Notes under the pieces: model-generated
Told to the model about the DNA's origin: nothing
The model's input: only the letters and a program-made list of their open reading frames with translations
Database searches by the model: none
Assembly (NCBI GenBank): GCA_963728565.1
Contig: CAVSLC010000022.1
Span: 1-64,000 of the forward strand
Length of the DNA stretch: 64,000 nucleotides
Origin: an uncultured delta proteobacterium
GTDB taxonomy: Bacteria; Desulfobacterota; Binatia; UBA9968
Reading direction: 5' to 3'
Translations under genes and position numbers: made by a program
In this document: positions 12,466 to 22,433 of the stretch, in pieces
Layout: each line of letters begins with the position of its first letter
How positions within the stretch are numbered: position 1 is the stretch's first letter

Positions 12466-15400
12466 CTAATGGGCGACGCTTACGGGCGCCGGAATCAGGC
12501 TGGGACCATCAAAGCTGATCTTATGCGGCGTAGCATTTGCTTTGATGCCATTTCCAGGATTGTCGGAAGTTCGGGTTGTAGTTGCGTCGATATTGGCTGT
12601 CAGGGTCGGCGCAAGAATTTTCATCAACGTGACCGGTAATGCGCTGGTAAAGCGATAGTCGGCGGCCTCGCGTCCCTGCACGTAAGCGGTGATCACGCCG
12701 AAGTAGCGGTCGCCGATGTAAAAGACAAAAGCCGCGGTACGATTGGTTGCCCGCGAAGAAATCACGCCGCCGTAACGGTTGAAGGTTTCGTACTTGTTGT
12801 CGCCTGATCCGGTTTTACCGCCAACCGTGAGCAGCTGGCCGTCGGCCAGCCTGAAAACTCCATTGAGACGCCGTGCCGTGCCGTGCTCGACCACATCGGC
12901 CATCGCCTTTCTGACGCTACGAGCTACCTCCGGGGCCAGCACCTGTACGCCGATTCGCGGCTCTAGTTCCATCAGGGTTTCATAAGGGGTGCTGCGGGCA
13001 AAGTGAATCTTGTTCAGGCTGAGGCTGCGCTTGCGTTGCCCATCGTTCACCAGAATGCCGATCAGTTCCGCCAACGCCACCGGCCGATCCGAGGAGTTGC
13101 CTAAGGCCGTGGCATAGGAGGGCACCATCGTTTTGAATGGAAAGCCGAGCCGCTGCCAGTAAGGAGTCATGCGCGCGAACGCGTCGCGCTCAAAACGTAT
13201 TCTCAGCCGGAGATCCTGCGCCTTGCGGTTGCGCGGCGTGAGCAGCCAAGCCGATCCGGTGCGCCGGGCCTCAGCGCTTTTATTGTAGAGCTCTTCCCAG
13301 GAAAGATTAGAGTTGCTGCGGAACTCGCTAGCGCACCAGAGATCCAGCGGATGCAACGATAACAGGTAAGCGTAATCGACCAACGTCAGCCGCGGATTGC
13401 GATAAGCCCGGAACAGCTTGCCGACGACTTCGCCGGTCGCCTGATGTTGGTTCTGCGCCAGCCATGACGCCAGCGCTTGCTCATCTGCGCCGATGCGCCA
13501 GGCAAAGAACAGGATCGCCAGACGCCGTTCGGCATTTCGTTTGTTCCCTAGCAATCGGGCGGTAATCTGTTCCGGAGTTTGAGCGCGAAAATTTTGATAG
13601 GCGCGGCGCAAAGCAGCGCGGGATTCTTCTTCGGCAATCCTCGCCAACATCGCCTGACGGTCCTTGTTATCCGGATCGCTGAGCACGGCATCGGCGTTGT
13701 AACCAAGGCGCGCCCGGTGATAGCTCACCACGTCCCGCATGAGGCGAATGAAGACGAGATTGGTGGAGTTCCTGAAGGCGTCGCGCAGCAGCAAAATCTT
13801 GCCGTTATCATCGCGGTCGAAGTTCTCGAAATGGTGCAAACCGCCGCCAGTGAAGAATGCTTCAAAGGGGCTGGCGGAATAGCGGCGCTCCATGGCGCGC
13901 TCAAGAAACGGCTGTAGGGCGATGCTGGGTTCAGTCTTTAACGTTTCAATGGCCCAACTGGTGAGTGGGTCACGAGCCTGGCGCATTCTTTGGGCTCGCT
14001 CTTTTTGATCCAGCGGAGAAAGCTCTTTGTGGAGTTCGGCCATCAGCTCGAGGTAATGTGTCAAAGTTCGCAGCTTGGCCGTGCTTCCCAATTCCAGTTT
14101 GACGCTTTTGTTGAAGTCGAAAGGCGCGGCCAGGTTATCGGCCTGCACCCTTACGAAGTTCCCTTGCCGCGTCGGTTCGATCAAAAGGAAAGAATAGATG
14201 ACCCGTTTCGGGTCGGAATTCTCCAACAGCCGCTCACCGTTCAACCCGTAGGCCTTGATCGTCTCCGGAAGCGTAAGAGATTGCAGAAATTCAACAACTT
14301 TTTTCTGCAATGGAACATCGATGGTGCTCTCGACCTCGACATGCAAGCGGTTCAGATCGTATAGATTAGTAACGCCCAACAGCTCCGTCATCGTCATCCG
14401 TATCGCATTGGCCGCCTTGTTTCGGCCGGAAGAAGGCTGGGGCGGTACGGGACCATGGGACAAGAACTGTATCGGCGTCTCTTGAACGGCAGCGGCAAAG
14501 TCGTCGTCAATGATCCCCTCGCGCGCGAGCAACTGAGTAAACTGGTTCACTTTGTGCTCGAGCGATCCCCGTTCCTCGACCAGGAATACCGACGGCGCCC
14601 GTACCGAGATGAGCAACGTCAAAACATGCTTATAGACGCGCACCTTGGGAATAGTGATCCCGGGGGTCCGGAGCGCGCGGACAGCATCTGCGAGCTGCAT
14701 GCCGAACCAGGCGTAAAGCCCTTCTCCCAAGCCATGGATCTCACCGTAACCGGGTGCCGCGGCGAGCGGAACGGTATTGAAATAATCAACAATAATTCGG
14801 TCTCTCCAGGCGCGGGTGTTGGGGCCGGCGCGGTAAGCCTTCAGGCTGGCGCCGACGATTTGCCGGAATTTATCCAGCGGCGAATCCGTGCGGCCGTGCG
14901 CCGAATGACGGAACTTCTCCAACTGCACCGCTAACGTGCTGCCACCTTGGACTGGAACATCCAGGTAGAGTTTCGAACCCAGATAGAGCAAAGCCGCTTT
15001 GAAGAAGCGGTCCCATTCGACCGCGGGGTTTTGACGCGAAAAATTAGGACTGTCGAGATCGCGATCCTCGAGAAAAAGCAGGGTTTTAACCAGTACCGGC
15101 GGAATGTTATCGATTTTCTCGAACAGGAATTCGGATTGCGCATGGCGAAAGAGCGGTACGCCGGCGGCGCCGCGTATGTCGATGCCGGTCTCCGGCGGCT
15201 CGGTATACGGCGGCGAAATGCCTTGGCTGATTAGATTGACCATGGTCTCTGATTGTCTTGCCTGTTGGCTGACCTGGAAACCTTGAGATAGAAGCCGGCT
15301 CTGAAAATCAGCCAACTTCGAATAACCACGACGATCGTCGAACGGCGCCGGGGCAGGAAACGCGATACTTGACGCCGCTCCTGGCGCCAGCTCAAAGGAG

Positions 15401-15594
15401 AGCCGTTCGTTGGTGCGGGTAAAAATCCACGCCTGAACGATCGAAGTCTTAAACTCGATGACTATGCCGGCAGCCAGCAACAGCAATGAAAGCGCGAGCC
15501 ATAACCATACCTTGAGCCGTCTCTTGGTTAGCACAGTTGAGAACCAGGAAGTGGACGACGAAACCTCGGTTAAGTCGATGGGTTTGCTGTTCAT
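12466..15594 (-). CDS. Large bifunctional transglycosylase/transpeptidase (class A PBP-like)
   Basis: N-terminal TM helix; GT51 motifs LEDR and QGGSTLAVQL; transpeptidase motifs STAK (SxxK), STN (SxN) and KTG; start could be 15594 or 15663. Confidence 0.85.
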   Translation of the reverse strand: MNSKPIDLTEVSSSTSWFSTVLTKRRLKVWLWLALSLLLLAAGIVIEFKTSIVQAWIFTRTNERLSFELAPGAASSIAFPAPAPFDDRRGYSKLADFQSRLLSQGFQVSQQARQSETMVNLISQGISPPYTEPPETGIDIRGAAGVPLFRHAQSEFLFEKIDNIPPVLVKTLLFLEDRDLDSPNFSRQNPAVEWDRFFKAALLYLGSKLYLDVPVQGGSTLAVQLEKFRHSAHGRTDSPLDKFRQIVGASLKAYRAGPNTRAWRDRIIVDYFNTVPLAAAPGYGEIHGLGEGLYAWFGMQLADAVRALRTPGITIPKVRVYKHVLTLLISVRAPSVFLVEERGSLEHKVNQFTQLLAREGIIDDDFAAAVQETPIQFLSHGPVPPQPSSGRNKAANAIRMTMTELLGVTNLYDLNRLHVEVESTIDVPLQKKVVEFLQSLTLPETIKAYGLNGERLLENSDPKRVIYSFLLIEPTRQGNFVRVQADNLAAPFDFNKSVKLELGSTAKLRTLTHYLELMAELHKELSPLDQKERAQRMRQARDPLTSWAIETLKTEPSIALQPFLERAMERRYSASPFEAFFTGGGLHHFENFDRDDNGKILLLRDAFRNSTNLVFIRLMRDVVSYHRARLGYNADAVLSDPDNKDRQAMLARIAEEESRAALRRAYQNFRAQTPEQITARLLGNKRNAERRLAILFFAWRIGADEQALASWLAQNQHQATGEVVGKLFRAYRNPRLTLVDYAYLLSLHPLDLWCASEFRSNSNLSWEELYNKSAEARRTGSAWLLTPRNRKAQDLRLRIRFERDAFARMTPYWQRLGFPFKTMVPSYATALGNSSDRPVALAELIGILVNDGQRKRSLSLNKIHFARSTPYETLMELEPRIGVQVLAPEVARSVRKAMADVVEHGTARRLNGVFRLADGQLLTVGGKTGSGDNKYETFNRYGGVISSRATNRTAAFVFYIGDRYFGVITAYVQGREAADYRFTSALPVTLMKILAPTLTANIDATTTRTSDNPGNGIKANATPHKISFDGPSLIPAPVSVAH

Positions 15595-15844
15595 TTGGGT
15601 GAGCGAAAGAATGATAGCATAATTGCTAAAAAATCCTAACTCGAAGTTCGCCTTAGATAGCATCCGGGCTATGGCACCCAGAGCTGTTCTCGGCGGGGGT
15701 TAAGGTCGTGTTAAATGGTGTTGTCGGAATCCCCGGAGGCAGATGTAATCCTACAAGCGTCATCGCTTATTCGCGAAATGCTTGCAGCTCAATTCCCATA
15801 CGAAATATGTATCTAAACTTCGCTTGTAGACGTCGCTCACTACA

Positions 15845-15881
15845 AAATAAAAAGTCCGGCGGGAATCACCCCGCCGGACTT
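15845..15881 (-). terminator. Rho-independent terminator after cupin gene
   Basis: Perfect 12-bp stem AAGTCCGGCGGG/CCCGCCGGACTT followed by TTTATTTT on the minus strand. Confidence 0.85.
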
Positions 15882-15908
15882 CTGTACAAGCGTAATCGGC
15901 TAATCGGC

Positions 15909-16334
15909 TCAGTCGGCCAGCACTCCCTCATCTCTGCCGCCGCCGTGCTGATAAATTATTCGCTTGCCGGTCTTGTCATCGATTTCGTTGCGTTGGCCGC
16001 CGGCCTTGGCAACATCCTCAGGCGTTGCTTTGTGACTGTTGCCCAGGAGAATCATCGGCTCATCGTGCGGGTTGGATCCTTCATAGTATTCGTGGGCGGG
16101 TATGCTGATGATCTGACCCGGAGAAAGCTCATGCGTTTCTTTGAGCCCCTTCATCACGCCGCGGCCGCTGAGGACGTAATAAGTTCGATCCGATGGATGA
16201 TTGTGCATCCTCTGTACATCTCCTGGAGGGAAATATAGGATCCACGTTTCTAGATTGTCCCTGCGAAAAAGATCCAGGCGCCGCTGTCCCTTTTTTCTTT
16301 CCTTCGCTAACGCGAAAACGTCCCTCGTCTCCAT
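15909..16334 (-). CDS. Cupin domain protein
   Basis: MHNHPSDRTYYVLSGRG and LSPGQIISIPA cupin motifs; GGAGG RBS. Confidence 0.85.
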   Translation of the reverse strand: METRDVFALAKERKKGQRRLDLFRRDNLETWILYFPPGDVQRMHNHPSDRTYYVLSGRGVMKGLKETHELSPGQIISIPAHEYYEGSNPHDEPMILLGNSHKATPEDVAKAGGQRNEIDDKTGKRIIYQHGGGRDEGVLAD

Positions 16335-16385
16335 GATGACCTCCTTTTTTTGGCAGGTAGTTTAACTGCACTTGCTTTTCCCGCG

Positions 16386-16415
16386 ACTCTATTCCCGCGC
16401 CAAGCGCGCTGTCAA
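16386..16415 (-). promoter_or_regulatory. Putative sigma70 promoter of cupin gene
   Basis: TTGACA-N18-TAGAGT about 50 nt upstream of the start. Confidence 0.4.
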
Positions 16416-16498
16416 TGTGGGACTTGTCCGCAATTTATTTGTCTGCCGCATCCATCCGTAATATAGAAAGGTGAAATCACCGGCACAGGAGAGCTCGC

Positions 16499-17398
16499 AT
16501 GGAACTCGCAAAGCTCAATGTCATGTATGGACACCTTGAAGGAACCGAGGGCAAGTTTGCGCGCGACCCCTCCGGCTACCTGTCCATCGATGCCGGCATC
16601 TATGAAAAATATGGACTGGATGTTTCATGGCGTCATGTGCAAGGCACGGAGGCGCGCTATCAGCAACTCGAAAGCGGCGCCGCTCATATTTCAATGGTAG
16701 TGGGCCGCGCCTCGCTGCAGCATTTTCTCGATACTAAAAAGACCCGACTGTTGGGTTGTGTCATGAATAGCTGTAGCTATTACCTAATGACAACTCAGGG
16801 AATCAAGACGATTAGTGAACTGAAAAACAAAACGATCACCTGCCGGGAAGGTCCTGCCCGGGGCGTGCCGTTTGGACGATTGTTGGAAGAAAGAGCCGGC
16901 CTAACACTCGGTAAGGATCTGACTCTTCAGTTTACCGAAGGCGACCAGGATGCTTTCCGGCTTCTGTTAGGAGGCCAAGTTCAAGGCGCCTGGCTGCCGC
17001 GCCCGTACGCATTCATTGCAGAGGAGGAGGGATTCGTAAGGCTTAACGAAGGGTCCGATATCGTTGATGACCCGCTGCCGATAACGATGGAAACGACGGC
17101 TTCACTATCACGAGAGCGCGCCGACGACTTCTCTCGATTTGTCCAGGCACATCGCGAAGGCATCCGGTATTTGCGCACTCATAGAGACGATACCCTGAGC
17201 CTTTTACAAACCCGCTTCGGGCACTCGCCGGAATTGGCCGCGAAGACGTTCGACGAATATTTAATTTGCATGGATGATCGCCTTACCGTGGACTTCAAGC
17301 ATTTGCAAAAACTGTTTGCGCAAATTGCGCCGAACATTCCAGGCGGCGCGCAGCAGATTGCTTCGGAGTGGATTATCCCGGGAGCGCTACGGATATGA
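16499..17398 (+). CDS. NMT1/THI5-like binding-protein fold protein lacking a signal peptide
   Basis: GIYEKYGLDV and ELKNKTI family motifs; AGGAG RBS; N-terminus MELAKLNVMYGHLEG has no hydrophobic leader. Confidence 0.8.
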   Translation: MELAKLNVMYGHLEGTEGKFARDPSGYLSIDAGIYEKYGLDVSWRHVQGTEARYQQLESGAAHISMVVGRASLQHFLDTKKTRLLGCVMNSCSYYLMTTQGIKTISELKNKTITCREGPARGVPFGRLLEERAGLTLGKDLTLQFTEGDQDAFRLLLGGQVQGAWLPRPYAFIAEEEGFVRLNEGSDIVDDPLPITMETTASLSRERADDFSRFVQAHREGIRYLRTHRDDTLSLLQTRFGHSPELAAKTFDEYLICMDDRLTVDFKHLQKLFAQIAPNIPGGAQQIASEWIIPGALRI

Positions 17399-17406
17399 TA
17401 AATAGC

Positions 17407-17535
17407 CGTTCAACAGTTCAACCGGCGCACAGTACGCGCCTAATCAACGGTCAACGACAAAAAGTAGGCGCGCTGTCTGACGTTGAACCATTGAACGTTT
17501 GAATAGCGACGTAGGCGCGGTTGAACGGATTAACA
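17407..17535. repeat. REP-like inverted repeat built from gttcaa/ttgaac units
   Basis: cgttcaacagttcaac (17407-17422) pairs with gttgaaccattgaacg (17482-17497); inner cgcgccta/taggcgcg pair. Confidence 0.75.
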
Positions 17536-17603
17536 TTGGCCGTAGCGGTTGAACAAAAGTTTTTACCAGCTACATATTAGACAATTACAGAAGGAGGTCA
17601 CTC

Positions 17604-18698
17604 ATGCCAGGTATCATCGATGCCGATACTCATATCTCAGAGTCCGAAGCGATGTGGACCTTTCTCGACAAGGACATGTACCATCGACGGCCGGTGCTGC
17701 TCAAAGCTCCGGAAGATACATTATACGGGCCGCGTAATGCTTTCTGGCTGATCGACGGCAATATCTTTCCCAAGCCCAATGGCAAGGGTAGTTTCCGTTT
17801 GATTACCCCGTCGGCGTCGAAGTTGGAATCATCCCGTGGCGATATCCATTTGGCTTATCGGGAGATGACCGATATTCCGGGCCGGCTCAAGGACATGGAC
17901 AAGCTCGGCGTCGACAAGCAGGTAGTATATCCGACATTGTTTCTGATCTACATCACTGACGATACAGCCTTGGACGTGGCGATGGCTCGCGCTTACAACC
18001 GGTTTCTCGCGCAGGCATGCGCCAAATCCGGCGGGCGCATGAGCTGGGTGGTGGTGCCGCCGCTCCACTCGGTAGAAGAGTCGGTGAAGGAAATCAAATG
18101 GGGCAAAGATAATGGCGCTGTGGGAGTTTTCTTCCGCGGTATCGAAGGGTACAGGACCCTCGACAATCCTTACTTCAACCCGATTTATCAGGCGGCGAGC
18201 GATACGGATCTGCCGGTATTGATCCATACCGGCGCGGGGTGCCCGCTGTTTTTGAACCTCTTCGATGTCGAACGCAATCATACCTTCGGCCATAGCCGTG
18301 TGCAGCCGCTATTCGCGTTTCGTGACCTGATTGCCAACAAGATTCCCGAGCAGTTTCCGCGCCTGAAATTTGGCTTCATCGAAGCATCCGCCGGGTGGGT
18401 GCCGTTCATGCTGCACATCATCAAAAGATTATTCCGCGAAAAATGGAAATTCTCCTCGGACCAGGACATGTTTCGCGAGTATCGGATCTTCGTTGCCTGC
18501 GAAGCGGATGAGGACGTCAGCTATATCGCTCAATATACCGGCGAGGATCATCTCCTGATTGGCTCGGACTACGGACATCAGGATCCTTCCGAGGAGCGCC
18601 AGCTGGTGGCGGCGATGCGCGCCCGGGAAGATATTCCACGCGCGCTCACCGACAAGATCTTCTTCGATAATCCAAAGCGGCTCTATCCGCTAAATTGA
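17604..18698 (+). CDS. Amidohydrolase_2 family protein
   Basis: IDADTH, VYPT, LIHTG, IEASAGW and GSDYGH motifs. Confidence 0.9.
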   Translation: MPGIIDADTHISESEAMWTFLDKDMYHRRPVLLKAPEDTLYGPRNAFWLIDGNIFPKPNGKGSFRLITPSASKLESSRGDIHLAYREMTDIPGRLKDMDKLGVDKQVVYPTLFLIYITDDTALDVAMARAYNRFLAQACAKSGGRMSWVVVPPLHSVEESVKEIKWGKDNGAVGVFFRGIEGYRTLDNPYFNPIYQAASDTDLPVLIHTGAGCPLFLNLFDVERNHTFGHSRVQPLFAFRDLIANKIPEQFPRLKFGFIEASAGWVPFMLHIIKRLFREKWKFSSDQDMFREYRIFVACEADEDVSYIAQYTGEDHLLIGSDYGHQDPSEERQLVAAMRAREDIPRALTDKIFFDNPKRLYPLN

Positions 18699-18779
18699 GT
18701 CGCGTCTCAGAATCGTAGGTCATCCTTTCTACCACCCGCTCTCTCATCGGCGAGAGCGGGTGGCAATCGGGAGTATTGA

Positions 18780-19788
18780 ATGAAAAAGTCGGTGAATTTG
18801 ACGAGGGTTTTGGCCCGGTGCCTCGTTGTCGCTGTAGTCTTGTTCGATAATGTCCTTCGACTCGGAGCCGGCCGCCGCTCAGTCGCTCCAGGTCGTCAAT
18901 GTGGCAATACCCGCCAAGAGTTTTCAAATGGTGATCTATCCGATCGCCCAGCAGAAGGGCTACATGAGAGAGGAGGGCATCGACCTGCGGGTGATTTATA
19001 TCGCCCCGACCACCAGCATCCAGGCCATGCTCAGCGAGGATGTTCAGTTTACCGGGGCGGGTTCGAGCGCTCTGGTGAGCATCGCTCGTGCCAATGCGCC
19101 TCTCAAGGTGGTGCTGGCTACCAACGATCGTGTTCTGCAATGGCTCCTGACCCGTCCCGATCTAACAAATCCGAAAGATCTCAAGGGCAAACGGATCGCC
19201 ACAACCGGCGTGGCGGCGATCGCGACCTTCATGCTCAAGCAGATTCTCAACAAACACGGGCTTGATGGAAACAAGGATCCGCTCTATCTCGACGTCGGCC
19301 AGGGAAATCAATTGACTGCATTACTGGCGGGCACCATGGACGCGGCGGTGCTCAGCGTCGAGCAGCGCTATGTCGGTCTCGACAAGGGCATGCGGGAGAT
19401 GTTCTTCTTCGGCAACGAAGTGAAGAATTCCTGGGGAACATTGGCCACCACCGACAAACTAATCAAGGAAAACCCCAAGATGATCAGCAGCTTTGTGCGC
19501 GCCGCTTTGAAGTCCTTGCGTTACATGCGCCAGGACAAGGAAGGAACTGTCGCAGCGATGATGAAGTTCGCCGGTGTTTCACAACAACAAGCCACCCGTG
19601 TTTATGAAGACTTGATCGGCACTTTTACTCGCAACGGCGCCGTCGATGACGAGGCGCAGAAAAATGACCTCGATATCATCCGGCAAGTGGTAAACGCCAG
19701 CCAACCCGTGCCCAACAATCGAGCCTACGATTTCACGTTCGCATTGCAGGCCGAGCAGCAGCTGGCCAAAACGGGTTGGAAGCCGTAG
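18780..19788 (+). CDS. NMT1/SsuA-like ABC substrate-binding protein (frameshift in signal-peptide region near 18845)
   Basis: Leader in ORF 18780, mature domain in ORF 18850-19788 (KGYMREEGID, DLKGKRIA). Confidence 0.85.
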
Positions 19789-19854
19789 ATCAGGATTTCG
19801 CGATAGAGAACCTACCGGCATCAGCTCTATGCAAGCTGATCCATCCGTAAAGCT

Positions 19855-20152
19855 ATGCGGATAATTCAAGTCGATTGGAATGCTCAGCGGCATTATCATG
19901 CCGCTCTTCAATATTTCCCTGATACTGCGAATGATCCGGCGCCGGTCTTCCGGAGATATCAGCCTGGTTTGGGTGATCGGCGTCTGGAGCTGTGTCATCG
20001 CCATGCTGCCGTCAAGCTTGCAGTCTCCGGATCCAGTTCCAGTGGTATTCGGGATCATCAACTCGCTCTTTTTCTCGGCGGTCTTTTTCACGGTTCTCTA
20101 CTTTCATCCGAGCGTCAAAAATCTACCAAAGCCGGTTTGTGAACGTGGATGA
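19855..20152 (+). CDS. PQ-loop / SemiSWEET-like small membrane transporter
   Basis: Three hydrophobic segments and RRRSSGDISL motif; probable start MRIIQV at 19855 with frameshift near 19872 into ORF 19880-20152. Confidence 0.7.
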
Positions 20153-20385
20153 ACCACTTCAGCATTTATAACACAGCTTGGTGATGGCCGCATGAATGCA
20201 CCACGCTCAATCGCGCATCTTAAATCCCGGCGCTCCATAAAATCGTCGGAACTCCCTGATCATTTTCCACATCAATGCAGGTAATTTTGGTGGGAAGACC
20301 GGCAGTTAAAGCTTCCACCGGAGTTTAACTCCGCTTGCGCTCGATATAGTCTATTTTGGTGGGCTCCTTACAAAAAAGAGAGACG

Positions 20386-21072
20386 ATGAAGGCTTTTCCG
20401 AACAGGTGCTTAAGCGCATTACTGATCGTAAGCCTATGGCTTGCCGGTTGTGCCGACTGGGGATATCGGCACATGAATGATCCTGCCCGAGATGCCTGGC
20501 AAAAACCTAAACAGGTGGTTGAAAGGCTTGATATCCAACCAGGAGCGCGAGTGGCGGATCTGGGCGCGGGCGGCGGTTACTTCACCTGGTATCTGGCGGC
20601 AGCGGTTGGACCGCAAGGAAAAGTTTATGCGGCTGAAATCGACGAGACCGCTTTGGCGATCATCGAGAAGGAAATGAAATCCCGAGGGGTAACGAATGTC
20701 GTGCCTATCCGCGCCGAACCCGATGACGCCAAACTCCCTGAGCCTGTGGATCTCGTGTTTAGCTGCGATACCTACCATCATATGGAAGATCGCGTAGCAT
20801 ACTTTCAGTCACTGGCACGCTACCTCAAATCTGACGGCAAAGTGGCGATCCTGGATTTTCACGCCGAAGGGTTTTTTTCCGGCTTGCTCGGCCATGGCAC
20901 GACCAAACAAGAAGTCCGACGGGAAATGGAATCCGCAGGTTACCGGCTTGCTGCCGATTACGACTTTATCGATCGGCAACATTTCCAGATCTTTTCCCGC
21001 ACTGATGTAGCGAGGGCGACCGCTTTGCTGCCGCAGGATGCGCAATCCTACTCTGTGAACGTGGCACGTTGA
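20386..21072 (+). CDS. Class I SAM-dependent methyltransferase with lipoprotein signal
   Basis: VADLGAGGGYF motif I, DTYHH; leader ending LAGC. Confidence 0.88.
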   Translation: MKAFPNRCLSALLIVSLWLAGCADWGYRHMNDPARDAWQKPKQVVERLDIQPGARVADLGAGGGYFTWYLAAAVGPQGKVYAAEIDETALAIIEKEMKSRGVTNVVPIRAEPDDAKLPEPVDLVFSCDTYHHMEDRVAYFQSLARYLKSDGKVAILDFHAEGFFSGLLGHGTTKQEVRREMESAGYRLAADYDFIDRQHFQIFSRTDVARATALLPQDAQSYSVNVAR

Positions 21073-21165
21073 TATTCACGTTTAGGTCGGAGATTACGTC
21101 TTGAGTTGGCAACGGCGTCCGGCAGAACTCGCGCATGTCTAATGTTTTAATTTGTCGCGACGGAA

Positions 21166-21192
21166 TGTCCATTTGGCGACTCGTCGTTCGTC
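21166..21192 (+). promoter_or_regulatory. Putative ECF42-type sigma promoter upstream of DGPF/YciI gene
   Basis: TGTCCA-N17-CGTC, one mismatch from the TGTCGA...CG(A/T)C consensus I recall for ECF42 targets, which are typically DGPF genes. Confidence 0.5.
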
Positions 21193-21259
21193 AAGTAGAT
21201 AGAATCCGGGCTGATACCCTTGAACAGTTCCGGACCTGATAAACAAAGGAGGCACGAAA

Positions 21260-21676
21260 ATGCGCTTTATGATTTTGGTAAAGGCGAGCAAGGAATCGGA
21301 AGCGGGGATGATGCCGAGCGAACAGATGCTTACCGAGATGGGCAAATTCAATCAGGAACTGGCGAAAGCCGGTGTGCTGCTCGCGGGCGAGGGGCTGCAT
21401 CCGAGCTCCAAGGCTACGCGCATCAAGTTCTCAGGCGATAAAAGAATCTTAATCGACGGGCCGTTTGCCGAGAGTAAAGATCTCATAGCCGGCTTTTGGA
21501 TCTGGCAGGTGAAATCGAAGGACGAAGCGATCGAATGGCTCAAGCGCGCCCCATTCGACGACACCGAAGTTGAGATTCGTCAGGTGTTCGAAGCGGAGGA
21601 TTTTGGCGCCGAATTAACGCCCGGGCTTAGGGAGCAAGAGGAGCGCCTCCGCAAACAAGTTGCTGAAAAAATCTGA
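21260..21676 (+). CDS. YciI/DGPF domain protein
   Basis: GEGLHPSS, DGPFAESKDLIAGFW, EIRQVFE motifs. Confidence 0.92.
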   Translation: MRFMILVKASKESEAGMMPSEQMLTEMGKFNQELAKAGVLLAGEGLHPSSKATRIKFSGDKRILIDGPFAESKDLIAGFWIWQVKSKDEAIEWLKRAPFDDTEVEIRQVFEAEDFGAELTPGLREQEERLRKQVAEKI

Positions 21677-21851
21677 TAGCTTTGCCGCTCCCGGCCTTTG
21701 TCAACATACTAAACTGTACGACTTCGCTCATGGACCGCCCGCGCTTGCGCCTGGGAATTGATGGCCGGGGCAGAGTTTCAAACAACAACAACAGGAATCA
21801 AACCATCGAAAAGTTTCGCAATGCGCAATGAGGAAAAAGAAAGGAGATGCC

Positions 21852-22274
21852 ATGCAAGTCCAAGTCTACTTATTTTTCGCTGGCAGGTGCGAGGAAGCAA
21901 TCGACTTCTACAAGAAGACTCTCGGCGCCGAGCTCCTGATGCTCATGCGTCTCAAAGACAGCCCTGAACCGCCACAGCCGGGCATGATTCCACCCGGTTC
22001 CGAGGATAAGGTCATGCACACTTGCCTGCGCATCGGCGATACCATGGTGATGGCCTCCGACGGCCGATGTGAAGGCGCACCCTCTTTTCAAGGGTTCTCT
22101 CTATCGCTTACGGTGGCGGATGAAGCTGAGGCGGATCGCATCTTCGCCGCTCTCGCTGAAGGTGGGCAGGTACAGATGCCGCTGACCAAGACCTTTTGGT
22201 CGCCCCGTTTCGGCATGCTCTCCGACCGCTTCGGCGTCGGCTGGATGGTCAGCGTCGCCGCTCAATCGTCTTAA
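21852..22274 (+). CDS. VOC family PhnB-like protein
   Basis: YLFFAGRCEEAIDFY, VMH, TFWSPRFGMLSDRFGVGWMV. Confidence 0.92.
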   Translation: MQVQVYLFFAGRCEEAIDFYKKTLGAELLMLMRLKDSPEPPQPGMIPPGSEDKVMHTCLRIGDTMVMASDGRCEGAPSFQGFSLSLTVADEAEADRIFAALAEGGQVQMPLTKTFWSPRFGMLSDRFGVGWMVSVAAQSS

Positions 22275-22433
22275 GCTTCGCACATCCATCAAGCCGCTTG
22301 CGGGCGCTGAATCTTTCGAGCAGCGAAGGAGGCCCAACAACTAACGAGAAGCCCGATCCTCAATAAGAGATGATTGTCTTGACGCATGCGAGCGCCGGTG
22401 ATACCCGATCGTTTGACGGATTACGGAGGAACC

